Virus record (IMG/VR): IMGVR_UViG_3300028920_000088
Coordinates: 1-52,015 of that record
From: a virus
Taxonomy: Duplodnaviria > Caudoviricetes
DNA: 52,015 nucleotides
Direction: 5' to 3' (one strand)
Shown: in pieces, positions 36,066 through 45,197 of the stretch
How the letters are laid out: the number at the start of each line of letters is the position of its first letter
How positions within the stretch are numbered: the first letter of the stretch is position 1
The notes under the pieces: model-generated
What the model was told of the DNA's origin: nothing
The model's database searches: none
The model's input: the letters and a program-made list of their open reading frames with translations, nothing else
Position numbers and translations under genes: made by a program

Positions 36066-36554
36066 TTGAATGAAATGGAGGAACAAATGAAAAAGAAAAT
36101 GAAAAATAAAATGAAAAATAAAACTCCGGAATCCAGCTTCTGGCACATGGAAGTAACCCCATTCATGGAGAACCTGTATTGGAGCTTTGCCCCAACCTTC
36201 GACAAGTTTACAGCCCAATTCAAGAAATCCCTCCCCAAATTAATCGAACAGGGCATCGAGCCCTCTGGAAAAGGCATGGATCGTATAGGCAGCAGAGGGG
36301 TCTTCCAAGTATACATGGGGGAAAATTTTGTTGCTCCAATCATTTGGGTCAAAGCCGAAGGTCCTGAATCAGACGCCGACCTAATAACCGTTTTGACCCA
36401 CGAAATATTCCATTTCGTACACTGGCTCATGAGCCGCAAGGATATCCCTCTTTGTGACGAAACCGAGGAGGTTTACGCCTACCTTTTGGAATTTTTAATC
36501 GAGACCATCATGGCGAATAAGCCGGAGCGTCTCAAGGAAATGCCCACGCCATAG
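36066..36554 (+). CDS. HExxH zinc-metallopeptidase-like protein
   Basis: LTHEIFHFVH followed by EEVYAY; KMKN repeats at the N-terminus. Start uncertain. Confidence 0.65.
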   Translation: MNEMEEQMKKKMKNKMKNKTPESSFWHMEVTPFMENLYWSFAPTFDKFTAQFKKSLPKLIEQGIEPSGKGMDRIGSRGVFQVYMGENFVAPIIWVKAEGPESDADLITVLTHEIFHFVHWLMSRKDIPLCDETEEVYAYLLEFLIETIMANKPERLKEMPTP

Positions 36555-37018
36555 CCCCATTTGGTTCGATTTATCCAATACTACAATCCCTAACCGTTGG
36601 AACGCCCTCATTTTTAGCCCAAAAACGAAGCCCGCGAAAAATTTGGATTTTAGTATCGGCGTTTAACAGAACCATAATCCTACCCCGTTTCAAGGTAAAA
36701 ACGTGATTTTCAATTAAACCTCACGAACGAACCTCATTTTTAACTCAAAAACAAAGATTCTAAAAAACAAAAGGTAGTTAACCTCTAATACTTAATTATA
36801 GTTTTTTATAACTTATCCCTTAGCCCTACCCCCCCTAGACGACTTTACCCCCCCCCAAAATAAAAAAATACAAAAATTCGATTTTGCCAATTACATGTTC
36901 GCCGTTCAAAGGTAGTTAGAAGGTGTAGCCGTTGCGGCGAACCGCGACGCCGCCGACGGGCGAATTAAATTGAATTTAATGATCGCGTGCGTAATACTAT
37001 TTTAGGAAGGAAAGAAGA

Positions 37019-37870
37019 ATGGACAAGGAAAGCAAGGAAAAGGAAAAATCAACATTCACCATTGATGGGGTAGAGTTCGACAGGAGCTGGCCTGAGGCAG
37101 AGGATAAGGAGTACTCCGACTTGCAGACCCTTGAGGGATTTGCCGTATTTAATATGCGGCCCCCCAAGAGCTGGTTCGGGGACGTAGCCGACGGGGATAA
37201 GGAGTGTAAGCTCTGTGGCTGTAGATTCCCTGAGACAGACGAATACTTCCACGTGAGCCGAACATACGTCAGCAAGAAGACCGGGAAGGAAGAAACCTAC
37301 CTAAGCAGCTACTGCAAGGAATGTCACAAAGCTAAGAACAAGCTCAACAGGAAAAAGAAGGAGATAGAGCTGCATCAGGACAACGTAGAGTACGACCCTG
37401 CGTTACATGGGGAGGAGCCCCCCAAAGACAAGCTATTTGAACGTGCAACGAGTAAAACTCCTGTCCCTATCCCAGGCTGGCAGCAATGCAGTAAATGTAA
37501 GGAATGGCAGCCCAGGAACAGGGATCATTTTAAGTATAATAGAGGTCGTCCTGGTATCCAAGTCCCCCGCTTCTCAGGCACCTGTAAGGACTGCGACCGT
37601 GAAACACGTAGGACAGCCCGCCACCAGAAGATAATCAGGGAGGGCCTAAAAGGTGTACATGGAACAGAGGGCTGGACCTTGGATGATCCCGATAAGAAAA
37701 TAGCAGAGGCCGAGGCCTACCTCAATAGTCACAGTGAGGACGAGTTGAACGCCATGTATGGAGTTCTCCCTGCGGAGGCCCCTGAGGAAACCAAGGACAC
37801 TAATGTCGGATGTGCTAGTACAACTGAAGAATGTGGGTGCAGAGTGCTCCCAATTAGTAAAACAGCCTGA
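37019..37870 (+). CDS. Protein with two HNH-associated-type zinc-finger modules (putative DNA binding)
   Basis: CKLC...FH...SYCKEC and CSKC...F...GTCKDC; strong SD AGGAAGGA. Confidence 0.65.
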   Translation: MDKESKEKEKSTFTIDGVEFDRSWPEAEDKEYSDLQTLEGFAVFNMRPPKSWFGDVADGDKECKLCGCRFPETDEYFHVSRTYVSKKTGKEETYLSSYCKECHKAKNKLNRKKKEIELHQDNVEYDPALHGEEPPKDKLFERATSKTPVPIPGWQQCSKCKEWQPRNRDHFKYNRGRPGIQVPRFSGTCKDCDRETRRTARHQKIIREGLKGVHGTEGWTLDDPDKKIAEAEAYLNSHSEDELNAMYGVLPAEAPEETKDTNVGCASTTEECGCRVLPISKTA

Positions 37871-38546
37871 CCAGAGTCTCTCCTATCTGGAGGCATTCCT
37901 GGACCCAGCTGCCCTAGTCAACTCACTTAGCGAGAAGGGCATCACCCAGGAGTGGTTGCTGGAGCAGCTAATAGACGTAGCGGGCAATACAGAGAAGGAC
38001 TCGGTGCGTCTAGCCGCAATAAGAGAGATACGACGTATTATCAGTGAGGTTGCGGAACATGCTGGCCTCATAGCCAAAGTAACACAGACCCGTATAATGG
38101 AAGATGGCAGTACGCTCTCAGCAGAGCGTGTAGCTAATGTATTAGGCCCCAATCCCTCCCCAAGAAAGGAGATATTGAATGACGAAACTGACGAACCAGA
38201 AGACACAATCGAAACAATCGAAACCATCGAAACCGAGGAAGAAGAGGAAGAAGGAGACGAGGCCCAGGAAGAAAGCGAAGGTGCCCAGACCGAGGGACCC
38301 ACAGACGGGCAAGATAATCAGCCGAGAACAGCACGCCGAGAACCTGTTGGAGAACGCAATGACAGCGACAGCGGAAGTACAGGAAGCAGCGATAAAGGAG
38401 ATGAGGACCTCGACGGAGCTACAACCGACGAAGACGAGCGAAGAGGAGACCTCGACGACCATAAGCCTCCCCCTGCAGGAAACGAAAAACTCTTCCCCGG
38501 AGCAGCCCGACAAAAGTACAGACCCCCCGCAGGAAGTGGATTCTGA
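37803..38546 (+). CDS. Putative terminase small subunit with a long acidic tail
   Basis: GITQEWLLEQLIDVA...KDSVRLAAIREI resembles TerS oligomerisation helices; lies upstream of TerL. Confidence 0.45.
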   Translation: MSDVLVQLKNVGAECSQLVKQPDQSLSYLEAFLDPAALVNSLSEKGITQEWLLEQLIDVAGNTEKDSVRLAAIREIRRIISEVAEHAGLIAKVTQTRIMEDGSTLSAERVANVLGPNPSPRKEILNDETDEPEDTIETIETIETEEEEEEGDEAQEESEGAQTEGPTDGQDNQPRTARREPVGERNDSDSGSTGSSDKGDEDLDGATTDEDERRGDLDDHKPPPAGNEKLFPGAARQKYRPPAGSGF

Positions 38547-38925
38547 CTATACTGAATTTGCCTCATTCATGCTGAGAAATGTTAATGATTATCTAATATC
38601 GGCCCATCTGGTGGCCCTCACAGCCGACCCGCAAGTGATACCGAGGCTAGGTTTGTGGGATACAGGGGTACCGATCAATCTGGTAGACGTAATACGCTCC
38701 ATCATTTTCCAGCCAAATTACCTGAAGGCAATCTACCCCTCTTTGAAAATCGTGATGGGGAACAGTCTCTCAAACTTTAATTGGGCATCCACGGTGGTAA
38801 TTAGTATGGCATTCTTCGATGCAATCAAAGTATTACCACAAGCAATCCACTTGTATGTGGTCCAACAAAAGTCTGTAAAGTCTGTAAAGTCTGTAAAGGA
38901 AGAGGCCAAAAAAGGAGAAGTTTAA
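38179..38925 (+). CDS. Hypothetical protein (basic N-terminus, hydrophobic C-terminal domain)
   Basis: SD AAAGGAG before ATG 38179; overlaps the previous ORF by 368 nt; coupled to the next gene. Confidence 0.55.
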   Translation: MTKLTNQKTQSKQSKPSKPRKKRKKETRPRKKAKVPRPRDPQTGKIISREQHAENLLENAMTATAEVQEAAIKEMRTSTELQPTKTSEEETSTTISLPLQETKNSSPEQPDKSTDPPQEVDSDYTEFASFMLRNVNDYLISAHLVALTADPQVIPRLGLWDTGVPINLVDVIRSIIFQPNYLKAIYPSLKIVMGNSLSNFNWASTVVISMAFFDAIKVLPQAIHLYVVQQKSVKSVKSVKEEAKKGEV

Positions 38926-39146
38926 TGTCATATACAGAAATCTCAGGAAGTCATAACCCGGCGTTGGTCGAGATGATCGATATTATGCTGGATGACAAAG
39001 ATAGTCCCCTTACTCCAGGTGAAACCATGTGGGTCGAGGAGGTAGATCACATGTTCGCCCTTGGCAAATCGGTGTCTGTAGACGACGTAAACGGTATTCA
39101 AGGAATCTATCGCAAATACTATGGAAGATATCCCATACCGGAGTAG
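38925..39146 (+). CDS. Hypothetical protein
   Basis: 73 aa, TAATG coupling, SD AAAGGAG. Confidence 0.6.
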   Translation: MSYTEISGSHNPALVEMIDIMLDDKDSPLTPGETMWVEEVDHMFALGKSVSVDDVNGIQGIYRKYYGRYPIPE

Positions 39147-39155
39147 AGGAGTTCC

Positions 39156-39605
39156 ATGGGGCCGAAGAAATCAAAAATATGCACTAAGTGTGGGATAAAG
39201 AAGTACCGTCGTGATTTTGGCAAGCGAAAAGCAGCTAAAGATGGCCTTCGGCCCCAATGCAAAGAGTGTGACAAGAAATACAGGATAGCATACTGGAAAG
39301 CCCATCCCAATAGGCTAAAATCAAAAGACTATAAATCTAACAGAGAAAGTCGTTGGAGGAAATGGGGATTGACCTTTACATTAGAAGATTATAATACAAT
39401 GTTCGAGGCCCAAGGCGGTAAGTGTGCTATTTGTGGGATACATCAGAATACTCTATCGAAGAGACTGTGTGTAGATCATTGCCACGAGTCATTGGAAGTT
39501 AGAGGGCTGCTATGTACCAAATGCAATACGGCGATTGCTAGGTTTGAAAATGATATAATTTGGTTAGATAAGGCTATGGACTATTTGGGGAGGGGTAATG
39601 AGTAA
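39156..39605 (+). CDS. Endonuclease VII-like (HNH) protein
   Basis: QGGKCAICG...LCVDHCH...VRGLLCTKCNTAI with an N-terminal CTKC/CKEC finger. Confidence 0.88.
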   Translation: MGPKKSKICTKCGIKKYRRDFGKRKAAKDGLRPQCKECDKKYRIAYWKAHPNRLKSKDYKSNRESRWRKWGLTFTLEDYNTMFEAQGGKCAICGIHQNTLSKRLCVDHCHESLEVRGLLCTKCNTAIARFENDIIWLDKAMDYLGRGNE

Positions 39606-41460
39606 CCCTAATCCATATTATCCTCTTCCAGCAGATTATGCCCAACTCTCCAGGGATGGGCAGCGGGAAGCTAGAGTTGCAACTCTTAAAGATCACGACA
39701 CCCCTGATAAGCTGGTTGAGAGATGGAATCTGTTCAGAAGATTGTATCTGTGTACAGTAGGGGAGTCTTTCTATAAAGGGGGCTATCAAGAGTCCCCCCC
39801 CTTTCATTATCAAATGGTCCGGGACTTGGCTACCTATGGTAGAAATGCTGTTGGGGCCCCCAGGGGCTCAGCCAAGTCAATGGTGATAGGCACCGAAATT
39901 CCTATGTTCTTTGCCCTTACCCGCCCCTATTACGAGATCATGTTGTGCCTGGCGACGGATAGACTGGTGGAGGAGAGGTTCGACAAGATCATTACCCAGC
40001 TGACTGAAAACCAATATATAATGGACGACTTCGGTCCTATCAAACCCACAAGGGGAAGGGCGATCTGGAATCGCCACCATCTGCATTGTGTGAATGGGGC
40101 AGTAATCAAGGGAATCAGCGTACTGGGTAAGAAGCGTGGCGGAAGACCCCAACTATTCATATTGGATGACCCTGAAAATGACCCGGATTCTGATTCGCAA
40201 GAGAGTAGCCAGATGTTACTGGAGAAATTTGAGAGAATACTGTTCAGGCAAGTTATACCGATGCTTGAGCCTGGGTCAGGTATTTTCTGGATTGGTACTC
40301 TTATCAATCGTCGCAGCTTTCTGTATCATGCTACCAGTATGGACGATTCTCGATTCAACCAGTGGAACCGTCGTGTATACAAGGCCATTACCTACGATGC
40401 AGATACGGGACCCTCGAAGGTCAAGGTTCTGTGGGAATCCAAGTGGTCAGCTGATGTGCTTGAAGCCAGAAGAGAGGAGATTGGAGACGCGGCATTCCAC
40501 GCGGAATACCTTAATGACCCCGTATCCGACACCGAACGTGTATTGGTCGTCGACCCGAGACGTAACGAGTATTTCGTCCACGACCATGAAACAATGGACA
40601 TGCTTAACCCCCTCTCGGCTACAAACGAGGTCATGTGGTTCGACAGAGTGGTCAAGAAGGGGGAGGAGACTAAGCCTACATTCGTTGAGCAGAAGGAGAG
40701 TTTTTCCAAGCTAGTCCAGCCAATGTTCCGCATAAGTACCTTCGACTACGCTCAGGGCCTCAACAAGTTCAACGACTACAGTTGTCTCGGGGTATTTGGA
40801 TTCGACCACAACAACACACTATGGATACTGGACATGTGGATGGGGCGTGCCAAAGAATCAACCCTCCTAAAAATCATCTATGAGAAGAGCAGAATATGGC
40901 AAGTCAGGATAATAGGGATAGAGACCGCAAGTGTTCAGGTGTCCTTCAAGGAGGCTGTAGACGAGTATGTACAGCAGCAGATCGATCAGACGGGGGACAG
41001 CTGGCGTGCCCATGTTTTTCCGGTGAAGTATCCGTCGAATACATCGAAGAGCCAGCGAATAGCGGGGCTAGAGTGGAGATTTCGCCCTGGCCGTATAAAG
41101 TATCCGGGACACCTCTCAAGTACGTACCCTATCAACCATCTATACAGACAGACCGCCGACTTCACCCCGGACCTCGCCCTCCTGGTAAAAGACGATGCAA
41201 TCGACACGGTTGCCATGACCCAGTATGTGATCAAGACGAAGGGCACCCGCACCAACATAGTGGAGGAAACACCTCCCCTGCGGAGGCGTCTTGCCGAGGG
41301 AGTGCCTATTGTACGGGGGATGCCGGTCCTAAGCGGGGTCTCCCCTAATCAGTTAGATGCACAGGATATTGAAATGCTTATTGACAGAAAACTAAAATCT
41401 GCTATGATAGAGAATAGTAGGGGAAGGTACGACCTGAGACGTCCACAGATAATCTACTAA
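39598..41460 (+). CDS. terL: Terminase large subunit
   Basis: Walker A APRGSAKS, Walker B FILDDPEND, IGT coupling motif, F.AEYLNDP, and RNase H-like FDYA/NDYS/DDAID. Confidence 0.9.
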   Translation: MSNPNPYYPLPADYAQLSRDGQREARVATLKDHDTPDKLVERWNLFRRLYLCTVGESFYKGGYQESPPFHYQMVRDLATYGRNAVGAPRGSAKSMVIGTEIPMFFALTRPYYEIMLCLATDRLVEERFDKIITQLTENQYIMDDFGPIKPTRGRAIWNRHHLHCVNGAVIKGISVLGKKRGGRPQLFILDDPENDPDSDSQESSQMLLEKFERILFRQVIPMLEPGSGIFWIGTLINRRSFLYHATSMDDSRFNQWNRRVYKAITYDADTGPSKVKVLWESKWSADVLEARREEIGDAAFHAEYLNDPVSDTERVLVVDPRRNEYFVHDHETMDMLNPLSATNEVMWFDRVVKKGEETKPTFVEQKESFSKLVQPMFRISTFDYAQGLNKFNDYSCLGVFGFDHNNTLWILDMWMGRAKESTLLKIIYEKSRIWQVRIIGIETASVQVSFKEAVDEYVQQQIDQTGDSWRAHVFPVKYPSNTSKSQRIAGLEWRFRPGRIKYPGHLSSTYPINHLYRQTADFTPDLALLVKDDAIDTVAMTQYVIKTKGTRTNIVEETPPLRRRLAEGVPIVRGMPVLSGVSPNQLDAQDIEMLIDRKLKSAMIENSRGRYDLRRPQIIY

Positions 41461-41478
41461 GTCGTAAGGAGAGAGACA

Positions 41479-41775
41479 ATGGAGAATTCTGACCTTTTAT
41501 TGATTTGGATGACGGTAATACTTGGCCTTATGGTCCTAATGTTTTGGGTATTGGCCACGGCCTTCCGTGCATTATTGAGACATAATAGTGATCTTACTAT
41601 GCTGCTATCTGCTAGGAACGAGGCCAATAAGGGTACCGAGTATGGGAGAGCCCATGTGGCAGCTATCAAGGAACTCAAGAAAAAGGCTGATAAAGTCGCA
41701 TCGGGGGTTCCATCTAGACCCTCTAAGCCAATTGGAAAGGCAAAACCGTTCACGTTTAAGCAGGTAACCCCCTAA
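41479..41775 (+). CDS. Membrane-anchored protein
   Basis: N-terminal TM helix and a basic C-terminus; between TerL and portal. Confidence 0.6.
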   Translation: MENSDLLLIWMTVILGLMVLMFWVLATAFRALLRHNSDLTMLLSARNEANKGTEYGRAHVAAIKELKKKADKVASGVPSRPSKPIGKAKPFTFKQVTP

Positions 41776-41783
41776 GGACCATT

Positions 41784-43799
41784 ATGGCATACAATCTAGT
41801 AATCCCAAAAGAGACAAAAGAAGCGGAAGCTGTCATTTCCCGACTGGTAAAGGAAGGAAAATCCCGCCGTAATCCCCAAGCCGTCCGCTGGTGGATCAAC
41901 CACTGGTATATGAGGGGGGCCCGCCACTTCAGCCAACTGGACTACAGTTCTGGTACAGTCAACATAGGATATACGGATTCCTCCGGGGTCCTGAAATTCC
42001 AGTTCGAGGGCATCATAGCTCAATACGCCAGCCAGCTAGGCAGGCTTATGGCCATTAATTTGGACCCCATCGTACGTAAAAGGGGCATCTCTCTGGATGG
42101 CCTCCGCAAGGCAGGTATAGGGCAGACCGTCCTGAATTCAGCATTCCCATCCCGTAAGGTTGAGCAGTTGAAGATGGATTTATTCCCGGCCCTCCTGATG
42201 TATGGCACAGCTGGAGTTGTTTTGTGGGTAGAGAACCAGGACTCCATGGGACTGGAAGTCGTGATGCCATGGGAGTTGGTGCCGATCCCAATCTCGATGG
42301 CTAGTCCGGCAGGCACCAGAGGCCTCATGAGACGTCGTATGGTACCGAAGGAATGGGTCAAAAAACTAGCGACAACTATCGGAGAAAGGTCAAAGAAATA
42401 TGAGGAAATGGTCTCGTATAACATACCGATTGGGGATATGCCAGATGAGACGGCTTCTCGGTTTACGTCCGACACTACAGCCCTCGGATTTTCTGCGGCC
42501 TCGAATGCGATCCGGGATACGTCCAATAAGCAGTCGTTCTCAGGGGGTCCGAAGAAGAAGGACAAGACTAAGATCGATGTGGTAGAGTTGGTCGAGGTCT
42601 GGATGCTGACCCCCGATGGTTACCTCGACGAGTACCTCGTACATGCAGGGGAAAAGCAACTGTTGCGGAACAAGATGACAAAGCCTACGCACCCGCCAAT
42701 AGCCATAGCTCGTGATACACCGGTAGGCGGATTCTGGGGTAGATCATACATTGAGACCCTTATCCCTCTTAATACGGAGATTGAGTTTGCGTTGGCTGGT
42801 ACGTTTCAGGCACTACAGGACTTTGACACTTATGGTATCACTATGTGGCCAGCCTCCGCAGGGACCCCGGCCTTAGCAGACAGGGCTTCTGACGGTCTCC
42901 GCAAAATGATATATGAGGTGGACTATACAGTACCAGACCAGAAACCCTTCAACGTGCAGCCAGCCAAGATGACTCCGTTCCACATGCAGGCGGTAGAGAT
43001 GGCTGCCACATTGAATGAGAAGATTGCAAACCAGCCCCAAGCCCTTATGCAGGGCGATGCTCCCGGACGTGTGGACTCGTCACAAGGGCTTGGGCTGCTG
43101 TTTGAGTTGTCGAGCGTGCCGCTAGCCCCTGTAGCTCGCAGCATCAGTGAGGCGGTAAGCCAAATATATAGGGCAGCCTTGGAAGTCACAAGGGATACAT
43201 GGAGTGGGTCACAGGTAGTCGATCTCAATACGCTAGACGATGGGGTGGCTGGCGTGAAGCTAGATACCGAGACCGGCACCATGAGCTTGGAGGACAACAA
43301 TATACCCCATCCTGACGAGGTGAATATAACAGTGTCTTCAGCGGTCCCAATATCGGACGAGCAGAAGAAGGCCGAACTGAAGGAGGCTTTGGCCCAACAG
43401 CGGATCACGCTTCGAGAGTACCAATTCAAGGTGAGGGAAGAGGGCCTCGATCTGCCGGTGGGTAATGAACAAGAGTGGCAAAACTACAGGCGGGCCAAGA
43501 TGGAGAATATACTTTTGTTCGGGGATGGTGAGGCCCCCGGCAAAATTATCCCGTCTGACCGTGACAACCATATGGTCCACTTGGAGGTGCTTGATGCGTT
43601 CATGGCTAAGCCGGAATTCCATCTGGCAAATCAGGCAGTCCGTAATGCCTTCGTAGAGCACCATGAGTTCCATACTGTAGGACTGGGACAACTACCTATC
43701 GGCATGGGGTCCCCTGAGGATGAGGCCGAGATGGCAGCGATGAAGCAGGGGACAATGGCTCAGATGCCCCCACAACTGCCTCCGCAGGGGATGATGTAA
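41784..43799 (+). CDS. Portal protein
   Basis: 671 aa after TerL, with FWGRSYIETLIPLN.EI, QGDAPGRVDS and D.H..HLE motifs and a Q/M/P-rich tail. Confidence 0.8.
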   Translation: MAYNLVIPKETKEAEAVISRLVKEGKSRRNPQAVRWWINHWYMRGARHFSQLDYSSGTVNIGYTDSSGVLKFQFEGIIAQYASQLGRLMAINLDPIVRKRGISLDGLRKAGIGQTVLNSAFPSRKVEQLKMDLFPALLMYGTAGVVLWVENQDSMGLEVVMPWELVPIPISMASPAGTRGLMRRRMVPKEWVKKLATTIGERSKKYEEMVSYNIPIGDMPDETASRFTSDTTALGFSAASNAIRDTSNKQSFSGGPKKKDKTKIDVVELVEVWMLTPDGYLDEYLVHAGEKQLLRNKMTKPTHPPIAIARDTPVGGFWGRSYIETLIPLNTEIEFALAGTFQALQDFDTYGITMWPASAGTPALADRASDGLRKMIYEVDYTVPDQKPFNVQPAKMTPFHMQAVEMAATLNEKIANQPQALMQGDAPGRVDSSQGLGLLFELSSVPLAPVARSISEAVSQIYRAALEVTRDTWSGSQVVDLNTLDDGVAGVKLDTETGTMSLEDNNIPHPDEVNITVSSAVPISDEQKKAELKEALAQQRITLREYQFKVREEGLDLPVGNEQEWQNYRRAKMENILLFGDGEAPGKIIPSDRDNHMVHLEVLDAFMAKPEFHLANQAVRNAFVEHHEFHTVGLGQLPIGMGSPEDEAEMAAMKQGTMAQMPPQLPPQGMM

Positions 43800-43947
43800 T
43801 GTATACGAAACGTAGAAGGAGATGGCGATGTTGGTTGGGATTTCATAGGTGGCACAAAGCGAGGATAAAGACCTGCTACAACGGGCATACGATACGGATA
43901 GTGGCCTGTAAAGATTGTGGTTGCTTCCAACTTTTATAGGAGGTAAG

Positions 43948-44202
43948 GTGAGAAGGTATAAGAGGAACCGAAGGTTGGAGGTATTTTGGTACGATATCGT
44001 ACAGGACCCTAAGTGGTTACCGGAGACCGAGATGAATAGGGAGCCAGATTGCCTGTGTGCTACATTGGGGTACTATCATCATCATGACAAACAATTCCTG
44101 TATTTGAGTCATACAATCAGCTCGAAGGAACGAGACAAAACAACAATCCCCCTAGGATGTATAAAGAAGGTAATAGCAATCAAGGATAAGGAGTTAATAT
44201 GA
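43948..44202 (+). CDS. Hypothetical phage protein
   Basis: GTG after AGGAGGT; LEVFWYDI...TLGY...IPLGCI.KV is a common phage pattern. Confidence 0.6.
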   Translation: MRRYKRNRRLEVFWYDIVQDPKWLPETEMNREPDCLCATLGYYHHHDKQFLYLSHTISSKERDKTTIPLGCIKKVIAIKDKELI

Positions 44203-45095
44203 AACGCAGTATGATGCCCGAATCGTGGAAGAACGGAATCAAAGCAGCACAAACAATTGACGAACCGGATCCGGAGCCCACACCGGAACCCAAGCCCGAC
44301 CCCGAACCTAAACCCACTCCTCCTGCGGAGGCCCTAGAGGTGACCGTCAACGGGGAGAAGAAGGTGTATACGAAGGAGGAGGCTATTGAGGCCCTATCGA
44401 AGGTCAGAGGGGCTGACGCCAAGTTCAGGGAGGCTGCGGAAATCCGTAAGAAGGCCGAACGAGGCATGAGGATCGACTCCCTGTTTGCCCGGATCAAGGG
44501 CGGGGAGGCCGAGGAAGAGGAGGTGAACGAGTTGGTAGGACTTTTGGGGATTGATCCTGCTGCATTCGCAGAAGTAAGTGTGGGGCCGAATGGAACGAAG
44601 CCCGAACCGAAGCAGAAGGTAACCCTTGATGATTTGGACCCCTCCCTGAAGCAGCAGTTGCAGTTTGATGCTCAGCAGAATATTAAGAGGGCGGAGGAAC
44701 AAATTCGCAATGATGTGAAAAAAAGGGTTGACAAAGATGAGATACTTGGTAAAATGAATAGTGTAGCGGTAGAGGTAGGTAATGAGGATTTTATCGACGC
44801 CGTTACAAAGATGGTCCATGAGGATGTTCTTAGGAAGATTCGGAATGGTGAGTCGTACGGGACCGGAATGGTCGATAACTCTATTCAAGTGACTAGGGCT
44901 CGACTCAAACAATTCGGTATCCCGGACAAGGTATCCAAGCCTAAAACCTTAATTGTTGGGGCTGGGGCACCGGGTGGCGAGCCGTTGGAAATCCAACCCG
45001 ACGAGCCGGAAAAGAGAGTTGACACGAATGATGCGGGGTACTCCGACAATCTGGTAAAAAGAGTATTCCAGAGGTTACAGAAAGGGGCCTCGTAG
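44199..45095 (+). CDS. Capsid scaffolding protein
   Basis: PE-repeat N-terminus, VTVNGEKKVYT.EE motif and coiled coil; directly upstream of the major capsid gene. Confidence 0.75.
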   Translation: MKRSMMPESWKNGIKAAQTIDEPDPEPTPEPKPDPEPKPTPPAEALEVTVNGEKKVYTKEEAIEALSKVRGADAKFREAAEIRKKAERGMRIDSLFARIKGGEAEEEEVNELVGLLGIDPAAFAEVSVGPNGTKPEPKQKVTLDDLDPSLKQQLQFDAQQNIKRAEEQIRNDVKKRVDKDEILGKMNSVAVEVGNEDFIDAVTKMVHEDVLRKIRNGESYGTGMVDNSIQVTRARLKQFGIPDKVSKPKTLIVGAGAPGGEPLEIQPDEPEKRVDTNDAGYSDNLVKRVFQRLQKGAS

Positions 45096-45197
45096 CATCT
45101 AACTCGTAAATCTCTTGGCGACGGTAATCCCGACCTTGGTGATTGACGCAATCGGTGCGTCGACACACTGTTATTAACCTTGGTTAGGGAATTAAAA

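Noticed and set aside
35436-36572. tRNA genes suggested by GGTTCGA (T-loop-like) at about 35438 and 36563
   Set aside because: No cloverleaf stems can be built around either site.
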